A DNA stretch of 64,000 nucleotides from an uncultured Gammaproteobacteria bacterium (GCA_964599625.1 CAZRGC010000002.1:7883-71882); one strand, 5' to 3'; counted from the stretch's first letter, positions 46,880-57,105 are shown. The notes: generated by a model not told the origin, from the letters alone. Made by a program: numbers and translations.

Positions 46880-47521
46880 TTATTTTAACTCATCAACATC
46901 TGATTTTCTGACCCAACCGGTTGCTTCGGAAGTTGCAACAACCTTGTACCACAGACTATCTTTTTCCAAAAAAGGATAGGTTACATCGGGTATTAGTGTG
47001 CCAAGTTTTTTCGATTCAGTACTTTTTTCCGAGTAGATAAATGCAGAGCTAATCTCCGTTTTTAAAGCAACTCTTGTTCCGCCTGTTTCTACAATTTGTT
47101 GATCCAAAAGTATGTCGGCAACTGTTTCTTTAGGGTTTTCAGACAAACTGGGGGTTGGAGATACCAATGGTGTTTTTGTTAGTTTTAATAATTCTTCATT
47201 TTTCTTGAGGGCCTCCGCAAGTTGCGACTTCAAAATTGTTTCATTAGCGGTGGGTTCGTACCTATTAATAAGCTGGTGAGCATAAATACCCAAAACACTA
47301 AGTATGACTATGACAGTAACAAATCTGACAGACCACTTTTCGGAGCTTGTTCCTTCCGGATTTGTAAGCCTTAACCAAAAATACAGTGTGAGTGGCAGAA
47401 AAAGTATTCCTGAAACAATATTAAGCGGTTTGGGCGAGGAGATTCCGTAAGTAATCAAAAAAATGGTCGTTGCTACTATCGAATAGCCAAAAAGAAACCT
47501 TTCAAGTTTACGCATATCCAA
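46880..47521 (-). CDS. membrane protein with C-terminal SH3b domain (paralog of 46286..46876)
   Basis: Same architecture as its neighbour; C-terminal SLWYKVVATSEATGWVRKSDV. Confidence 0.5.
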   Translation of the reverse strand: MDMRKLERFLFGYSIVATTIFLITYGISSPKPLNIVSGILFLPLTLYFWLRLTNPEGTSSEKWSVRFVTVIVILSVLGIYAHQLINRYEPTANETILKSQLAEALKKNEELLKLTKTPLVSPTPSLSENPKETVADILLDQQIVETGGTRVALKTEISSAFIYSEKSTESKKLGTLIPDVTYPFLEKDSLWYKVVATSEATGWVRKSDVDELK

Positions 47522-47546
47522 ATTCTACCATAGCTTTACTGTGACC

Positions 47547-49535
47547 TTACGGAGTTGCGGGAGGATTGGAATCTTCCGGTAATACGATCGGAGGCTTTAC
47601 AGCTGAAGGCGCAACTGTGGGAGGAGGAGTCAGGTTGTCAGATCCTTCTGCGGTTTTTGCTGCTGGTTTGTTCTTTTGAATTTGTTCAACTGCGGCTTTG
47701 GCAATTTTTTCGTCTTCTGAACCTGGTTGAACAAGACTTAGTACTTTATTCATTTCTGTCAGGGCCTTGTCAAAGTCTTTCTTTTGGTTGTAAGCAAGGG
47801 CCAAGTTGTAATGAGCGTTGGCAAGATCGGGTTTTGCTGTTACTGCAAGTCCAAAAGCGTTTATGGCGTCGTCATACTTGCCAAGGGCGTAATAGACTCC
47901 GCCAAGGGCAATACGAAGGTTGGGTGAGATTGGGTCCAATGCAATAGCTTGATTAAAACTTACAATTGTAAAGTTGTCTGCACCTTGGGCGAATGGAATG
48001 ATGGATTGATAAGTTCTGGCTAAAAGTTCCCAATTTGCAGACCGTTGGGGATTAAGCGCTACTGTTGCCTTGGCTTCGGCAATGGCTTGTTGAACAAGCT
48101 GCGCAATGGTGCTTTTGTCTTGATCTGTTATGTCTTTCTTGCTTGCAAGACCCCTTGCCAAGGCAAGATCTAATTGATCAAAAGTTGCATGATATCGATC
48201 AACTTTATCATTTGAAGCAATTGCCGCTCTAAGCTCATCGTATGCAGTTTTGGCGTTGTTGGCCAATATGGCATCAATTGCTTTTTTGTAATGTAGCTCG
48301 CCCTTTATAACTTTGACTCCGACAACCATGGGGTAGACAGAAAATCCGAGAATTACAACAGATACCACAATAGCAGGTAGTTTGGAAGCAAATTCACCGC
48401 CGTCTTTTACAGATGTTGCTGAAAGATTCATAGTCAGCTCATTGTCTTTTGTGTTAAGGGCTGCAATCAGGAAGAAAGCCACAATAACAACAATGTTTGC
48501 AGGCAGTGTAAGAAGCCCGACCACCATAAGCACCAGAGAAAGCGAATATCCAGCCTCAAGTTTCAAATTGCCACTCGTAAGGTTTCTTAGATTTTTGACG
48601 ACTCCTTTTATCATTGTAAAAATTGCCAATACAAAAGCTGCTAACCCTAAAAATCCAACCTCTGTTACCAAGGTAAGTACGAAACTACTGGCAGAAAAGA
48701 ATCTATTTGCCCAAAGATCTGTAGAGTTGTAGGACAAAGGAAGATATTTAGTGAAGGCACTAAGATAGTTTGCAGGACCAGCTCCCAAAAGCGGACTGGC
48801 CTTAAGAGTGTCAATCGCTACAGACCAGCTAGTTTGTGTATCAACAACAACCGGAGTGCCGGGTTTACCTGGAAGCATCTGGTAAACCGAAAGCAGCGAG
48901 GACAATAAAACAACACCCGATGCAAGGAAAAAGAATATTTTTCTGAACTTATCTTTTTCTGAAAATGCAGCAGAGATTCCAAGTGGCAAAACAGAAAAAA
49001 GAAACATAACTTCAGGAAGTTTGCCGCCAACTGCAGAGAAATTGGCATCTCTTATTACAGCCGGAAGTTGGGGAATGCTGGCCAAAAGTCCTGTGAATGC
49101 GAATATTGATATCAATGCCACCAAAAGTGACGAAAGAAACAAACCTAACGCAAAATTTTCTCTATCACCTTTAAAAGCGATTTTTGCAAAAAAGTAAGCC
49201 AGAAAACCGCCCGCTATTATTGTTGCCGTGCCGGGAATTGCAAAAGCTTCCATCTTGTTGGGTGTTTTTGTGATAGCAGAAGCAATGTATGCAACAACCA
49301 ACAAAAGAAGTGGCATGTCAGACGAAGAAACATTAAGAGTTATTTTGCCCTCGGTGATAATTTTGACTGACCAGACCGCAAGAATGAGAAACAGAACAAA
49401 AACCAAAAGAAGCACTTTTGGCAAATCAAAATAGCTTGCAAAGTTTGTCAGAAGGAAAGAAGGAAAAAGAACGACAAACGTGAGTATGGAAGTTTTTAAC
49501 ACCTGATTTAGAAGCCTGCTCATATCGGAATACAT
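47547..49535 (-). CDS. polytopic membrane protein, O-antigen ligase/polymerase-like, with C-terminal TPR repeats
   Basis: About 12 TM helices; TPR repeats (ALGGVYYALGKYDDAINAFGLAVTAKPDLANAHYNLALAYNQKKDFDKA); the Wzy_C assignment is inference. Confidence 0.5.
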   Translation of the reverse strand: MYSDMSRLLNQVLKTSILTFVVLFPSFLLTNFASYFDLPKVLLLVFVLFLILAVWSVKIITEGKITLNVSSSDMPLLLLVVAYIASAITKTPNKMEAFAIPGTATIIAGGFLAYFFAKIAFKGDRENFALGLFLSSLLVALISIFAFTGLLASIPQLPAVIRDANFSAVGGKLPEVMFLFSVLPLGISAAFSEKDKFRKIFFFLASGVVLLSSLLSVYQMLPGKPGTPVVVDTQTSWSVAIDTLKASPLLGAGPANYLSAFTKYLPLSYNSTDLWANRFFSASSFVLTLVTEVGFLGLAAFVLAIFTMIKGVVKNLRNLTSGNLKLEAGYSLSLVLMVVGLLTLPANIVVIVAFFLIAALNTKDNELTMNLSATSVKDGGEFASKLPAIVVSVVILGFSVYPMVVGVKVIKGELHYKKAIDAILANNAKTAYDELRAAIASNDKVDRYHATFDQLDLALARGLASKKDITDQDKSTIAQLVQQAIAEAKATVALNPQRSANWELLARTYQSIIPFAQGADNFTIVSFNQAIALDPISPNLRIALGGVYYALGKYDDAINAFGLAVTAKPDLANAHYNLALAYNQKKDFDKALTEMNKVLSLVQPGSEDEKIAKAAVEQIQKNKPAAKTAEGSDNLTPPPTVAPSAVKPPIVLPEDSNPPATP

Positions 49536-49574
49536 TGTAGTTTTTAAAATCTATGCGTGTCAATCACTAAATTA

Positions 49575-50003
49575 TTACTTAAACAAACCTGAAAACAATA
49601 CCATATTTACGAAGATAAGAATATTGATCGTTATGGCTATAAGGCACCAAGAACAATAAGTTTTAATCACTTTTGCTTGAAGGTAAAAAAGATATCCGCT
49701 AAACAAAGTTGCAAAAAGACCTGCAATCATCGGAAAGTAAAGAATATAGTCCGGGAGTTTGTAAATATATTCTGCAATAGAATACAAAGCAATTCCCAAA
49801 TAATATGCCAAACCGTAAAGCTCATTTTTTATTCCAAAGTGACTACCATAATCCGATCCAACAACCTTTGTGCAGTCTTCTCCAAGAATGCAAAACATTT
49901 TTTGACCCGTGGCGGCATATCTTTTGTATTGCCAGTGAAGAAAGTAGGCATTCACAAAACCCAATATTGACAGTATCAAAAGTGTGAACATGTTCTTCAA
50001 CAT
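49575..50003 (-). CDS. VKOR family thiol-disulfide oxidoreductase
   Basis: Loop Cys pair FCILGEDCTKVVGSDYGSHFGIKNELYGLAYY and TM CxxC TYCSWCL. Confidence 0.65.
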   Translation of the reverse strand: MLKNMFTLLILSILGFVNAYFLHWQYKRYAATGQKMFCILGEDCTKVVGSDYGSHFGIKNELYGLAYYLGIALYSIAEYIYKLPDYILYFPMIAGLFATLFSGYLFYLQAKVIKTYCSWCLIAITINILIFVNMVLFSGLFK

Positions 50004-50024
50004 TATATAATCAAGTGTTTTGAC

Positions 50025-50453
50025 ATGACATACGTAAAGTTAAAATTGTTGGTAGTTTTTTTTGTTTTGTCTGTTCTTCTGGGAGGTCTTTGGGCTGACC
50101 ACTATCCACACCATGATTTTTATCCCTTTTTTTCCTGGAGTTTGTTTTCCAATAGTTCCAACAGTGACACCTCATATTTTATTAAACTAAAGACTTATGG
50201 CGGAGTGGCGGATAACACAGTATTGTATGCTGATAATGTTTCAAAATATGTGGAGGGTTATTTTTTGCCAGACTTTTATTGGGACGTTCAGGAGTTTGCG
50301 GTGAATCCACAGATTCAGAAAAAGATTGAAAGTTCGTTTGCCAAAAAGCCGGTGGATTACTATCTGATAAAAGCGGATTATGACGCGGTTGTTTTAAGGA
50401 CAACCGGTAATTTAATAGATACTCAAGTAGTTTCGGAACACACAGTAAAATGA
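50025..50453 (+). CDS. secreted or membrane-anchored hypothetical protein
   Basis: 142 aa, N-terminal hydrophobic segment. Confidence 0.4.
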   Translation: MTYVKLKLLVVFFVLSVLLGGLWADHYPHHDFYPFFSWSLFSNSSNSDTSYFIKLKTYGGVADNTVLYADNVSKYVEGYFLPDFYWDVQEFAVNPQIQKKIESSFAKKPVDYYLIKADYDAVVLRTTGNLIDTQVVSEHTVK

Positions 50454-51400
50454 AAAAAATATTTAGTTTGGATTTTATAGAAACAACGGCGAGGCAAAAA
50501 TCTTCTGTTATGAAGGCAGTCAACGCTGTTGCAACTTTCTACTTTTTTCAGATTGCTTTGGCGTTTATCAACTTGATGAAAATTGGTGCGGTGGACCCTG
50601 AGCGAAGCGGATTTTTGCCGATTTGGCCCATGAGCTGGGCGGGAAGTCTATCTTACTCATTCACTGCACAGATATTGGCTGTTTTGTATGCAGCTTCCGC
50701 ATTTGCGGCTGTGTTTTTTTGGCGAAAATGGTTTGTCAGACTTCTAGTTTTTTTGGCTTTCTGGCAAGTGCATGCACTGGACAGTTCTTTTGGCTATATT
50801 AACCATTTTTATTATTTGATTTTTTATGCATTGTTCATTTTTATTTTTCTTCCCGACACAAAAGAAGACACCGACCTGGATCATGATCAAGCCAAAAAAT
50901 TTTTGTTAGTATTTTGGGGGGTGATCGCAGCCGTGTTTGTGACATACACACTTTCTGGTTTTTGGAAAATATATTGGGGAATATTGGCCCAACTTGACGG
51001 GCGGCTGAGTTCTTTTTCTATGATGGCCTTTCCAGAGCACGTTGCCCGTAAAACAATTTTTGAGAGCAGGGAATATTTTTACAGCAATTTGGTAATTTCA
51101 AATCCCATTCTGGCATGGATTTCTTATCTGGGAACTATATATGTGGAATTTGCGGCTTTGTGGGTAGCGTTTAAACCTAATCTGCATAAGGTGTGGGCAT
51201 TTGTGTTCCTTTTTATGCATGTAGGAATTCTTTTGGTGATAGGAATACCGTTTTTTGAGTCAATTGCCGTTTTGTGTTTAATAGTTCTAAATTCGCCCTT
51301 TTCCGGAAAGGTAAATTTGGTGGAAATATTTTCGGATCTGCCGTTTTTTGGATTTGTATTCAAGAAGATATTTAAAATTGTCTTTCGCCACACTTTTTAA
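50450..51400 (+). CDS. polytopic membrane protein (possible HTTM-like; unverified)
   Basis: 316 aa, 8 or more TM; ATGA overlap with the upstream gene; adjacent to VKOR. Confidence 0.5.
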   Translation: MKKIFSLDFIETTARQKSSVMKAVNAVATFYFFQIALAFINLMKIGAVDPERSGFLPIWPMSWAGSLSYSFTAQILAVLYAASAFAAVFFWRKWFVRLLVFLAFWQVHALDSSFGYINHFYYLIFYALFIFIFLPDTKEDTDLDHDQAKKFLLVFWGVIAAVFVTYTLSGFWKIYWGILAQLDGRLSSFSMMAFPEHVARKTIFESREYFYSNLVISNPILAWISYLGTIYVEFAALWVAFKPNLHKVWAFVFLFMHVGILLVIGIPFFESIAVLCLIVLNSPFSGKVNLVEIFSDLPFFGFVFKKIFKIVFRHTF

Positions 51401-52155
51401 AAGAAAACTGACGTGTTGGGAAGCATTCCTCTGATTTTGCTTTTTTCTTGTTCGGGGAAGTTGTTTCCACCCAAAAATAAATATTGCAGATTCTGCAGAT
51501 TGCTTATGTTTGGTGGCAATGACTTTAGTTTGTTTCCGTGCAAATCCAATATGGAGAGATTTGTTAGTGAACCAAAGCTTTCTGGCAAAGATTTTATATT
51601 GTTGTTATACAGTAGAAGTGTTTTTAGATTTGCAAGGTTTCCAAGTGATTCGGGTAACGATGCTATTTTGTTTCCCCCAAGATCGAGAGTTTCCAGTGTT
51701 GTTATGTTTGATATCTCTTTTGGTAAAATTTTTACACCGCTATTTTTCAACCTTAGCGTTTTGAGTGAGGAAAGTTTGGATATTTCTTTTGGCGGGCTGC
51801 CAATGTGACTGTAATCAATGGACAAGACCTTTATCTGGTCACCAAGAACAAAAACTTGACTGGGAATTTTGTAGATATTGCTTACATAATCAAAGCCTAC
51901 ACCTGGTGCTGACACATTGTCGGTTGACTTAGTCATCAAGCTTAAGGGTAGGTCGGGGATTAAATATTTCCCGCTATACATTATTCCTGTTAGTGCAAAA
52001 ATAATTCCTGCAAAAATAGAAATGTAATCAAGATATTTGGGGTACAAACTTATATTTTTTATTGGAACTTCGGTATCTGTATCCGCTCTTTGCGGTTCTT
52101 TGGCAACTGGTCCTTGGGGTATTTCTGGTGATGGCTGTTGCGAAACTGGTTCCAC
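51397..52155 (-). CDS. membrane-anchored leucine-rich-repeat protein
   Basis: Tandem LRRs (LKTLRLKNSGVKILPKEISNITTLETLDLGGNKIASLPESLGNLANLKTLLLYNNNIKSLPESFGSLTNLSILDLHGNKLKSLP). Confidence 0.7.
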   Translation of the reverse strand: MEPVSQQPSPEIPQGPVAKEPQRADTDTEVPIKNISLYPKYLDYISIFAGIIFALTGIMYSGKYLIPDLPLSLMTKSTDNVSAPGVGFDYVSNIYKIPSQVFVLGDQIKVLSIDYSHIGSPPKEISKLSSLKTLRLKNSGVKILPKEISNITTLETLDLGGNKIASLPESLGNLANLKTLLLYNNNIKSLPESFGSLTNLSILDLHGNKLKSLPPNISNLQNLQYLFLGGNNFPEQEKSKIRGMLPNTSVFF

Positions 52156-52228
52156 AATTTATGATATACGATTTACATTAACAACAACAGATTGGTTGTT
52201 TGAGTAGGTGCTAGTATAATAGTTTGAG

Positions 52229-52687
52229 ATGCAACTTACTCTTTTTGTAAGACCGGTATTGATGTTTGCTGTCACTTTTTTGATTTTTTTTGCACTGTTA
52301 ACTTCTATACCGTTCAACTATCTTGGTGTTTCCGACCAACCAAAAGGAACTGCAATAAGACTCAACTATCTGCGATTGTCTAAAAATGCCTTTGTTGTTG
52401 TGCAAACACTTGATCCAAGGACAAACCTTCCAGATAAGGGGGGTTACTTGAACAATCCTTCGCTTATGCCTAGAGGAATTTACAAGAATATTGACTTATT
52501 TCTTGCAAACTCAATGGAAAATGTTCCTGATAAAGTTGCGGTTACAATCTACGAGGACACAAACTCAAATGATGAATTCGATCAATATTACGACTCGGGC
52601 GATGATTCAATCGTGGTTGTTTCCGATAGTCCGCTTTTCTCCAAGATCAACGGTAAAATATTTAGAAAGATAATAACTTTAAAATGA
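52229..52687 (+). CDS. membrane-anchored hypothetical protein
   Basis: 152 aa; ATGA overlap with A-1. Confidence 0.4.
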   Translation: MQLTLFVRPVLMFAVTFLIFFALLTSIPFNYLGVSDQPKGTAIRLNYLRLSKNAFVVVQTLDPRTNLPDKGGYLNNPSLMPRGIYKNIDLFLANSMENVPDKVAVTIYEDTNSNDEFDQYYDSGDDSIVVVSDSPLFSKINGKIFRKIITLK

Positions 52688-53910
52688 AGTTTGTTAAAAA
52701 GATAAACCGAAAAATACTCATCTTGTCTTTTTTGATTGCATTGCCTGTTGTCTATTATTTTTTGTGGGCCCCTTATCGTGGCCAGGAATCAACCAGTCCG
52801 CTCAGAAACAAAGTCTTATCTGTTATCAAAAATTGCAAGAAAGAAGGAAACACGCTTAATTCAATGGACCAAAAATGCGTGTACAAAGCTTTCCACAATT
52901 TTGTTAACAGAGACAATGTGTCTCAGGTTGTTGCTGTGCTTATGGATATTTTTTCTAAGGCAGACAACTCCAGAGACCTGGGTACAAACAATTGTCACAT
53001 CCCCGCACACATCGCAGGCGAGATTGCATATCAGGACGGAGCTGACCTCAACGAGTTGTGGGATAAGTGTTCCAATAATTGCACTTTTGGCTGCTTGCAT
53101 GGAGGTTTTCAGGGACTTTTCAAAGAACAGGGATCTGCACTTTTGGACAACCTTGAGACAGCGTGCCATGTCTTGGAAGATCCAAATGATGCAGACCTTA
53201 GATCGTGTTGGCATATTGTGGGTCATGGATTAGCGGAATATTACGGAGCAGATATGAACTCCGCTATCAATAAATGCATGGGCTTACCCAACGAAAAGCA
53301 GCAAAGACATTGCATTATGGGTGTAAGAATGGAGTTTATTGTTGCCTCGGTTGACAACACAAGCCCAATGAAGCCTTTGAAGGATTATGAATACCTGGAC
53401 TTTTGTAAAAAATTTCCCTCAAAGTTTATAGAGGATTGTTATGCAGAAGCCGCCTATTATCAGATCAGAATAACTGATGATGTGAACCAAATGGTTGACA
53501 TATGCAAACTTGCTCCCAATATAGGGGATTCCAAAATAAGATGCGTTACAGGGTCCGGTTCTGTGTTTTTCTTTACCAATAAAGCCAACGCAGATGTTAT
53601 ACATAACTTTTGTGCAAGATACGGCGACAAGCATTATTCGAATGAATGTGCAATTGGGTCAGTTGACCTTGCTTCATCTGAGTGGGACCACTTGGAGACA
53701 GGGACCCAAGTATGCCTTCTTGCAAGCAAGGATTTTGTTGGGGAGTGCCTTGCGTTTTATGGAGGTAGGGTTCAGTTTTATAATGGGATGGCCAAGAGAA
53801 AAGAAATTTGCGGTATGCTTTCGCCGCAAGACAACAAAAGGTGTATGGGCAAACCCACAATGAAAAGAGACTATCTTATCCCTGTGACATTCGAAACTTG
53901 GGAAAGATAA
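52684..53910 (+). CDS. secreted Cys/His-rich repeat protein, family A paralog 1
   Basis: N-terminal TM anchor; motifs NCHIPAHIAGEIAY, CSNNCTFGCLHGGFQG, CWHIVGHGLAEYYG; more than 25 Cys. Confidence 0.65.
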   Translation: MKFVKKINRKILILSFLIALPVVYYFLWAPYRGQESTSPLRNKVLSVIKNCKKEGNTLNSMDQKCVYKAFHNFVNRDNVSQVVAVLMDIFSKADNSRDLGTNNCHIPAHIAGEIAYQDGADLNELWDKCSNNCTFGCLHGGFQGLFKEQGSALLDNLETACHVLEDPNDADLRSCWHIVGHGLAEYYGADMNSAINKCMGLPNEKQQRHCIMGVRMEFIVASVDNTSPMKPLKDYEYLDFCKKFPSKFIEDCYAEAAYYQIRITDDVNQMVDICKLAPNIGDSKIRCVTGSGSVFFFTNKANADVIHNFCARYGDKHYSNECAIGSVDLASSEWDHLETGTQVCLLASKDFVGECLAFYGGRVQFYNGMAKRKEICGMLSPQDNKRCMGKPTMKRDYLIPVTFETWER

Positions 53911-54067
53911 CCCCCGGTAGTTTACTCAGATGGTTTTTTTTTGACACCCAGACCTCTCGGTTTGACTTGTTCTAATCGGACAACTTAATCTACAAAAAGA
54001 GGCAATTTATGACTGAGGCAAAATTATGAAATTGAGGCGGTATAATGGATTGCTTTTAAATCAGAAG

Positions 54068-55174
54068 TTAAATCTTTTCGTTGTGTACCAAAACACCGTC
54101 GGCAAAATATGCGTGATATGGACCAGGAAGGGAAATGTTGTACACGGTATTGGTGCCGTCAACATGTTCTATCGAGCTTACGGTATATGCGTTTCCGTCT
54201 GAATTCAAAAGTGTATCACCAATACTTAAAGACTCAGCAGTTATCCAGGCATTTCTGCTCGGGGACCACATAAGATGGTTACCTGTAACTTTAATTGTAC
54301 CGTTTATATTAAGGTAGCCGCCCTGGACGTCTTTGTGCACCAGAAGCTTGCTTACAACTTGAGGAAATGTTCTTCTGTTGGCCAAATCGTAAGAGAGAAT
54401 TATGTCCCCAGTTTTAATGTCTTCAATTGACTTTGTGGAACCATCAGCAAGTGCTACTTGTGTACCGGGGAGGAAACAGCTTGAGTAGTACAGTTGAGAA
54501 TAGGAATATGCCGCATATGATGATTGACCATAACCATAATATGTGCCTTGACTGTAGCTATAGTAAATTCCTTGGCCATAGCCATAGTATGATGATTGAG
54601 AATAGCCATAGTAGGCACTTTGAGCATAAGCGTAATAAGTAGATTGTGAATATGAATAGCAAGTATTTGTAAGTGAGAACGACGACGGTCCGCAATCAAC
54701 TGTTGAATATGAGTCAAAAAGACCAAGTCTTCTGTAGCCCGAGGCTGTGGCCGTTCTAAAATTAGTCAATGTAAAATTATCAGCCCAACCGTCGGCGTCT
54801 GTATCCTGAAGATAAATGGGTGTTCCAGATTTAATTGCTCCTCCGGCTTGCACGGCAATGCTCCCGGCTCCCACAGTGAGAGAGCCCACTGCCAGTGTGC
54901 CTGTGTTATTGATTGTTATATTGCCACCAGTGGTAAGACTTAGTTGAGCAGTGTTTGTTGTAGATGCATCGGTAGCACCATTATCCACACCTTCAACAGT
55001 ACTTGCTGAAATAGAACAGGCGGTGGCCCAATTCAGAACATTTTTTGTTGAGGCGGTCATAGAAGAGTAGAAATTGCATGCGGCGCTAGCAGATTTTGCG
55101 GAAGCCAAAAGGAGTATTCCGGAGATCGCAAAACTTATAACTATTTTGAGCGTGTTATTTTGTGTCTTTTGCAT
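54068..55174 (-). CDS. secreted protein with Tyr-rich octapeptide repeats and C-terminal Hint (bacterial intein-like) domain
   Basis: Signal peptide; (S/G)xYY(G/A)Y(S/G)Q x6; Hint domain begins SCFLPGTQVALADG and ends GVLVHN (Cys1 ... His-Asn). Confidence 0.65.
   Translation of the reverse strand: MQKTQNNTLKIVISFAISGILLLASAKSASAACNFYSSMTASTKNVLNWATACSISASTVEGVDNGATDASTTNTAQLSLTTGGNITINNTGTLAVGSLTVGAGSIAVQAGGAIKSGTPIYLQDTDADGWADNFTLTNFRTATASGYRRLGLFDSYSTVDCGPSSFSLTNTCYSYSQSTYYAYAQSAYYGYSQSSYYGYGQGIYYSYSQGTYYGYGQSSYAAYSYSQLYYSSCFLPGTQVALADGSTKSIEDIKTGDIILSYDLANRRTFPQVVSKLLVHKDVQGGYLNINGTIKVTGNHLMWSPSRNAWITAESLSIGDTLLNSDGNAYTVSSIEHVDGTNTVYNISLPGPYHAYFADGVLVHNEKI
54482..54658. repeat. 24-bp tandem coding repeat (x6-7) encoding Tyr-rich octapeptides
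   Basis: Repeated ccatagtatgatgattgagaatag-like units within 54068..55174. Confidence 0.6.
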
Positions 55175-55185
55175 CTATTTTGTTT

Positions 55186-55761
55186 TTAAGATCTTGGCGC
55201 AACAGTCACACTAGAAGATTTTCCATTAGAAGCTTTAGCTGTAAGTGTAAGAATATATTTGTAATCGACAGTGTCTTGCAAAGTTACAGAACCGGACCAC
55301 ATACCATCTGTGGCACTGCCCGAACTTTGGGTAAAGCTCACATCAACATTTCCGTGATCTGTGGTTAAGGTTCCCGTAAGAGTTGAAATTGCGGATGTAA
55401 AAGAAGCTTTGACTGTAAGGTTGAGTGTCTGTCCTTTCTTGGCATCAAGTGGGTCGAAAATTACCTGGGTAATTGTTGGGCCGTCGTGTGCACCCATACC
55501 AACTTGGTAAGTTCCTTTGGCACCATTATCAGGTATAAGAGGAATGGGTGTCGGAGTGGGTGTTGCCTTTGGTTTTGGTGTAGGAGATTTGGCTATCTCA
55601 ATTTTCCCAATTTCCTTGGGAATGTCTGTATTGACGACAGGTTCTTGAATTGATGGGGTAATGCTTTTCCAAACAAAATAAAAAGCAACGGCAAGAACTA
55701 CAGCAACAAACAAAAGTATAACTACCACCGACATTCCTTTATTGTTTGTTATCTTTTTCAC
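55186..55761 (-). CDS. TM-anchored protein with Pro/Thr/Lys linker and beta-rich domain (hypothetical)
   Basis: 191 aa; TPKPKATPTPTPIP linker. Confidence 0.5.
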   Translation of the reverse strand: MKKITNNKGMSVVVILLFVAVVLAVAFYFVWKSITPSIQEPVVNTDIPKEIGKIEIAKSPTPKPKATPTPTPIPLIPDNGAKGTYQVGMGAHDGPTITQVIFDPLDAKKGQTLNLTVKASFTSAISTLTGTLTTDHGNVDVSFTQSSGSATDGMWSGSVTLQDTVDYKYILTLTAKASNGKSSSVTVAPRS

Positions 55762-55888
55762 TTTGTTACAGGCAAAATGTTAATAATAATAATGAATTCT
55801 GGCTGAAAATTTGTCAAGTGGCATGGTGTTGATTGATAAAAACACAGCAATTTAAATATGTTATATTCAAAATTACGAATGTATAAAG

Positions 55889-57103
55889 TTGACGATGTAT
55901 AAAAAATTGTTTGTAAACATCTTGTTTGTGTTGGCTTCCGCACTGTTAATTTTTGGTGGAATAGTCGGGACCTCGGGCAGAATATTTTATCCAGAGCTTA
56001 ACTATTTTAAAAATAAAAACCTTGATTTTTCTGAGCTGCAAAAATATTTCAAAGAAGTTGCCAACAAAAAGGGAGCACTTTATGCGTTCAGCCTTCTTAA
56101 AATTGCAGATTTACCGTCAAATACCGATATACATTTGCTCGGGCACACCGTTGGTGACATTCTTTATAAACAAATGGGTGTGGATGGTATTCACTTTTGT
56201 AGTCAGGATTTTAGAAATTCATGTTCGCATTCCATTGTAATAGGCCTTTTTGTCGAAAAAGGGTTGGGAGCGCTTTCCGAAATTGCAGATGTCTGTAGGA
56301 GTGCACCCGGCGGATCAGGGGCATATGGAATGTGTTTTCATGGCCTCGGTCATGGAATATTGGCATATACGGGTTATGATATGGAAAAAGCTACAGAGCT
56401 TTGCGAAAAGACAGGAACTAAAGAAATGGGTTTTGTCGAAACCGCAGAGTGTGTTGGCGGTGTTGTGATGGAGATGACCGCCGGAGTCCACGATAAAGAT
56501 GCATGGATAAGGCAGAAAGACAAGTACCTCAAAATGGACAGCCCGCTTATGCCTTGCACAGAGAGTTTTATACCTGAAGTATCCAGGCCAAACTGTTTTC
56601 TTTATATAACCCCACACCTATGGGAAGTAGCTGGTGGCGATTTAGGTAATCCAACCGAAGATGTCTTTTCCCGGTCTTTTGCATATTGTGACAAGATGCC
56701 GGCGGGAATGAGTGTTTACAAAGCACTTTGCTATGGCGGTTTCGGAAAAGAGTTTGTGGGGCTTGCGCAGTCTAGAGACATTAGGGATATAGGTTCTATG
56801 AGCGACGCTGGACTGCAAAAAGTGTACAGGTGGTGCAAACTTGCACCAAATAAAAATGCAGTAAAATCCTGCCTGGATCAGGCAATAAATTCGTTGTACT
56901 GGGGTGGTGAAAACAAAACAGACGCTGTAATTAAGTTCTGTAGCTTTACAGACTCCAACGATAAGGAATCATGCTACAAACATGTAATCGGATCTTTCAG
57001 GTTTTATCAGAAAAATAATCTGCAAAACCTGAATGACAGTTGTGCCAAGTTGCCGGAACCATATTCATTTAAATGTTTGGACCCTGAGTTTGTCGAAGAT
57101 TGA
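55889..57103 (+). CDS. Cys/His-rich repeat protein, family A paralog 2
   Basis: LLGHTVGDILY, CSHSIVIGLF, CFHGLGHGILAY. Confidence 0.65.
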   Translation: MTMYKKLFVNILFVLASALLIFGGIVGTSGRIFYPELNYFKNKNLDFSELQKYFKEVANKKGALYAFSLLKIADLPSNTDIHLLGHTVGDILYKQMGVDGIHFCSQDFRNSCSHSIVIGLFVEKGLGALSEIADVCRSAPGGSGAYGMCFHGLGHGILAYTGYDMEKATELCEKTGTKEMGFVETAECVGGVVMEMTAGVHDKDAWIRQKDKYLKMDSPLMPCTESFIPEVSRPNCFLYITPHLWEVAGGDLGNPTEDVFSRSFAYCDKMPAGMSVYKALCYGGFGKEFVGLAQSRDIRDIGSMSDAGLQKVYRWCKLAPNKNAVKSCLDQAINSLYWGGENKTDAVIKFCSFTDSNDKESCYKHVIGSFRFYQKNNLQNLNDSCAKLPEPYSFKCLDPEFVED

Positions 57104-57105
57104 TA

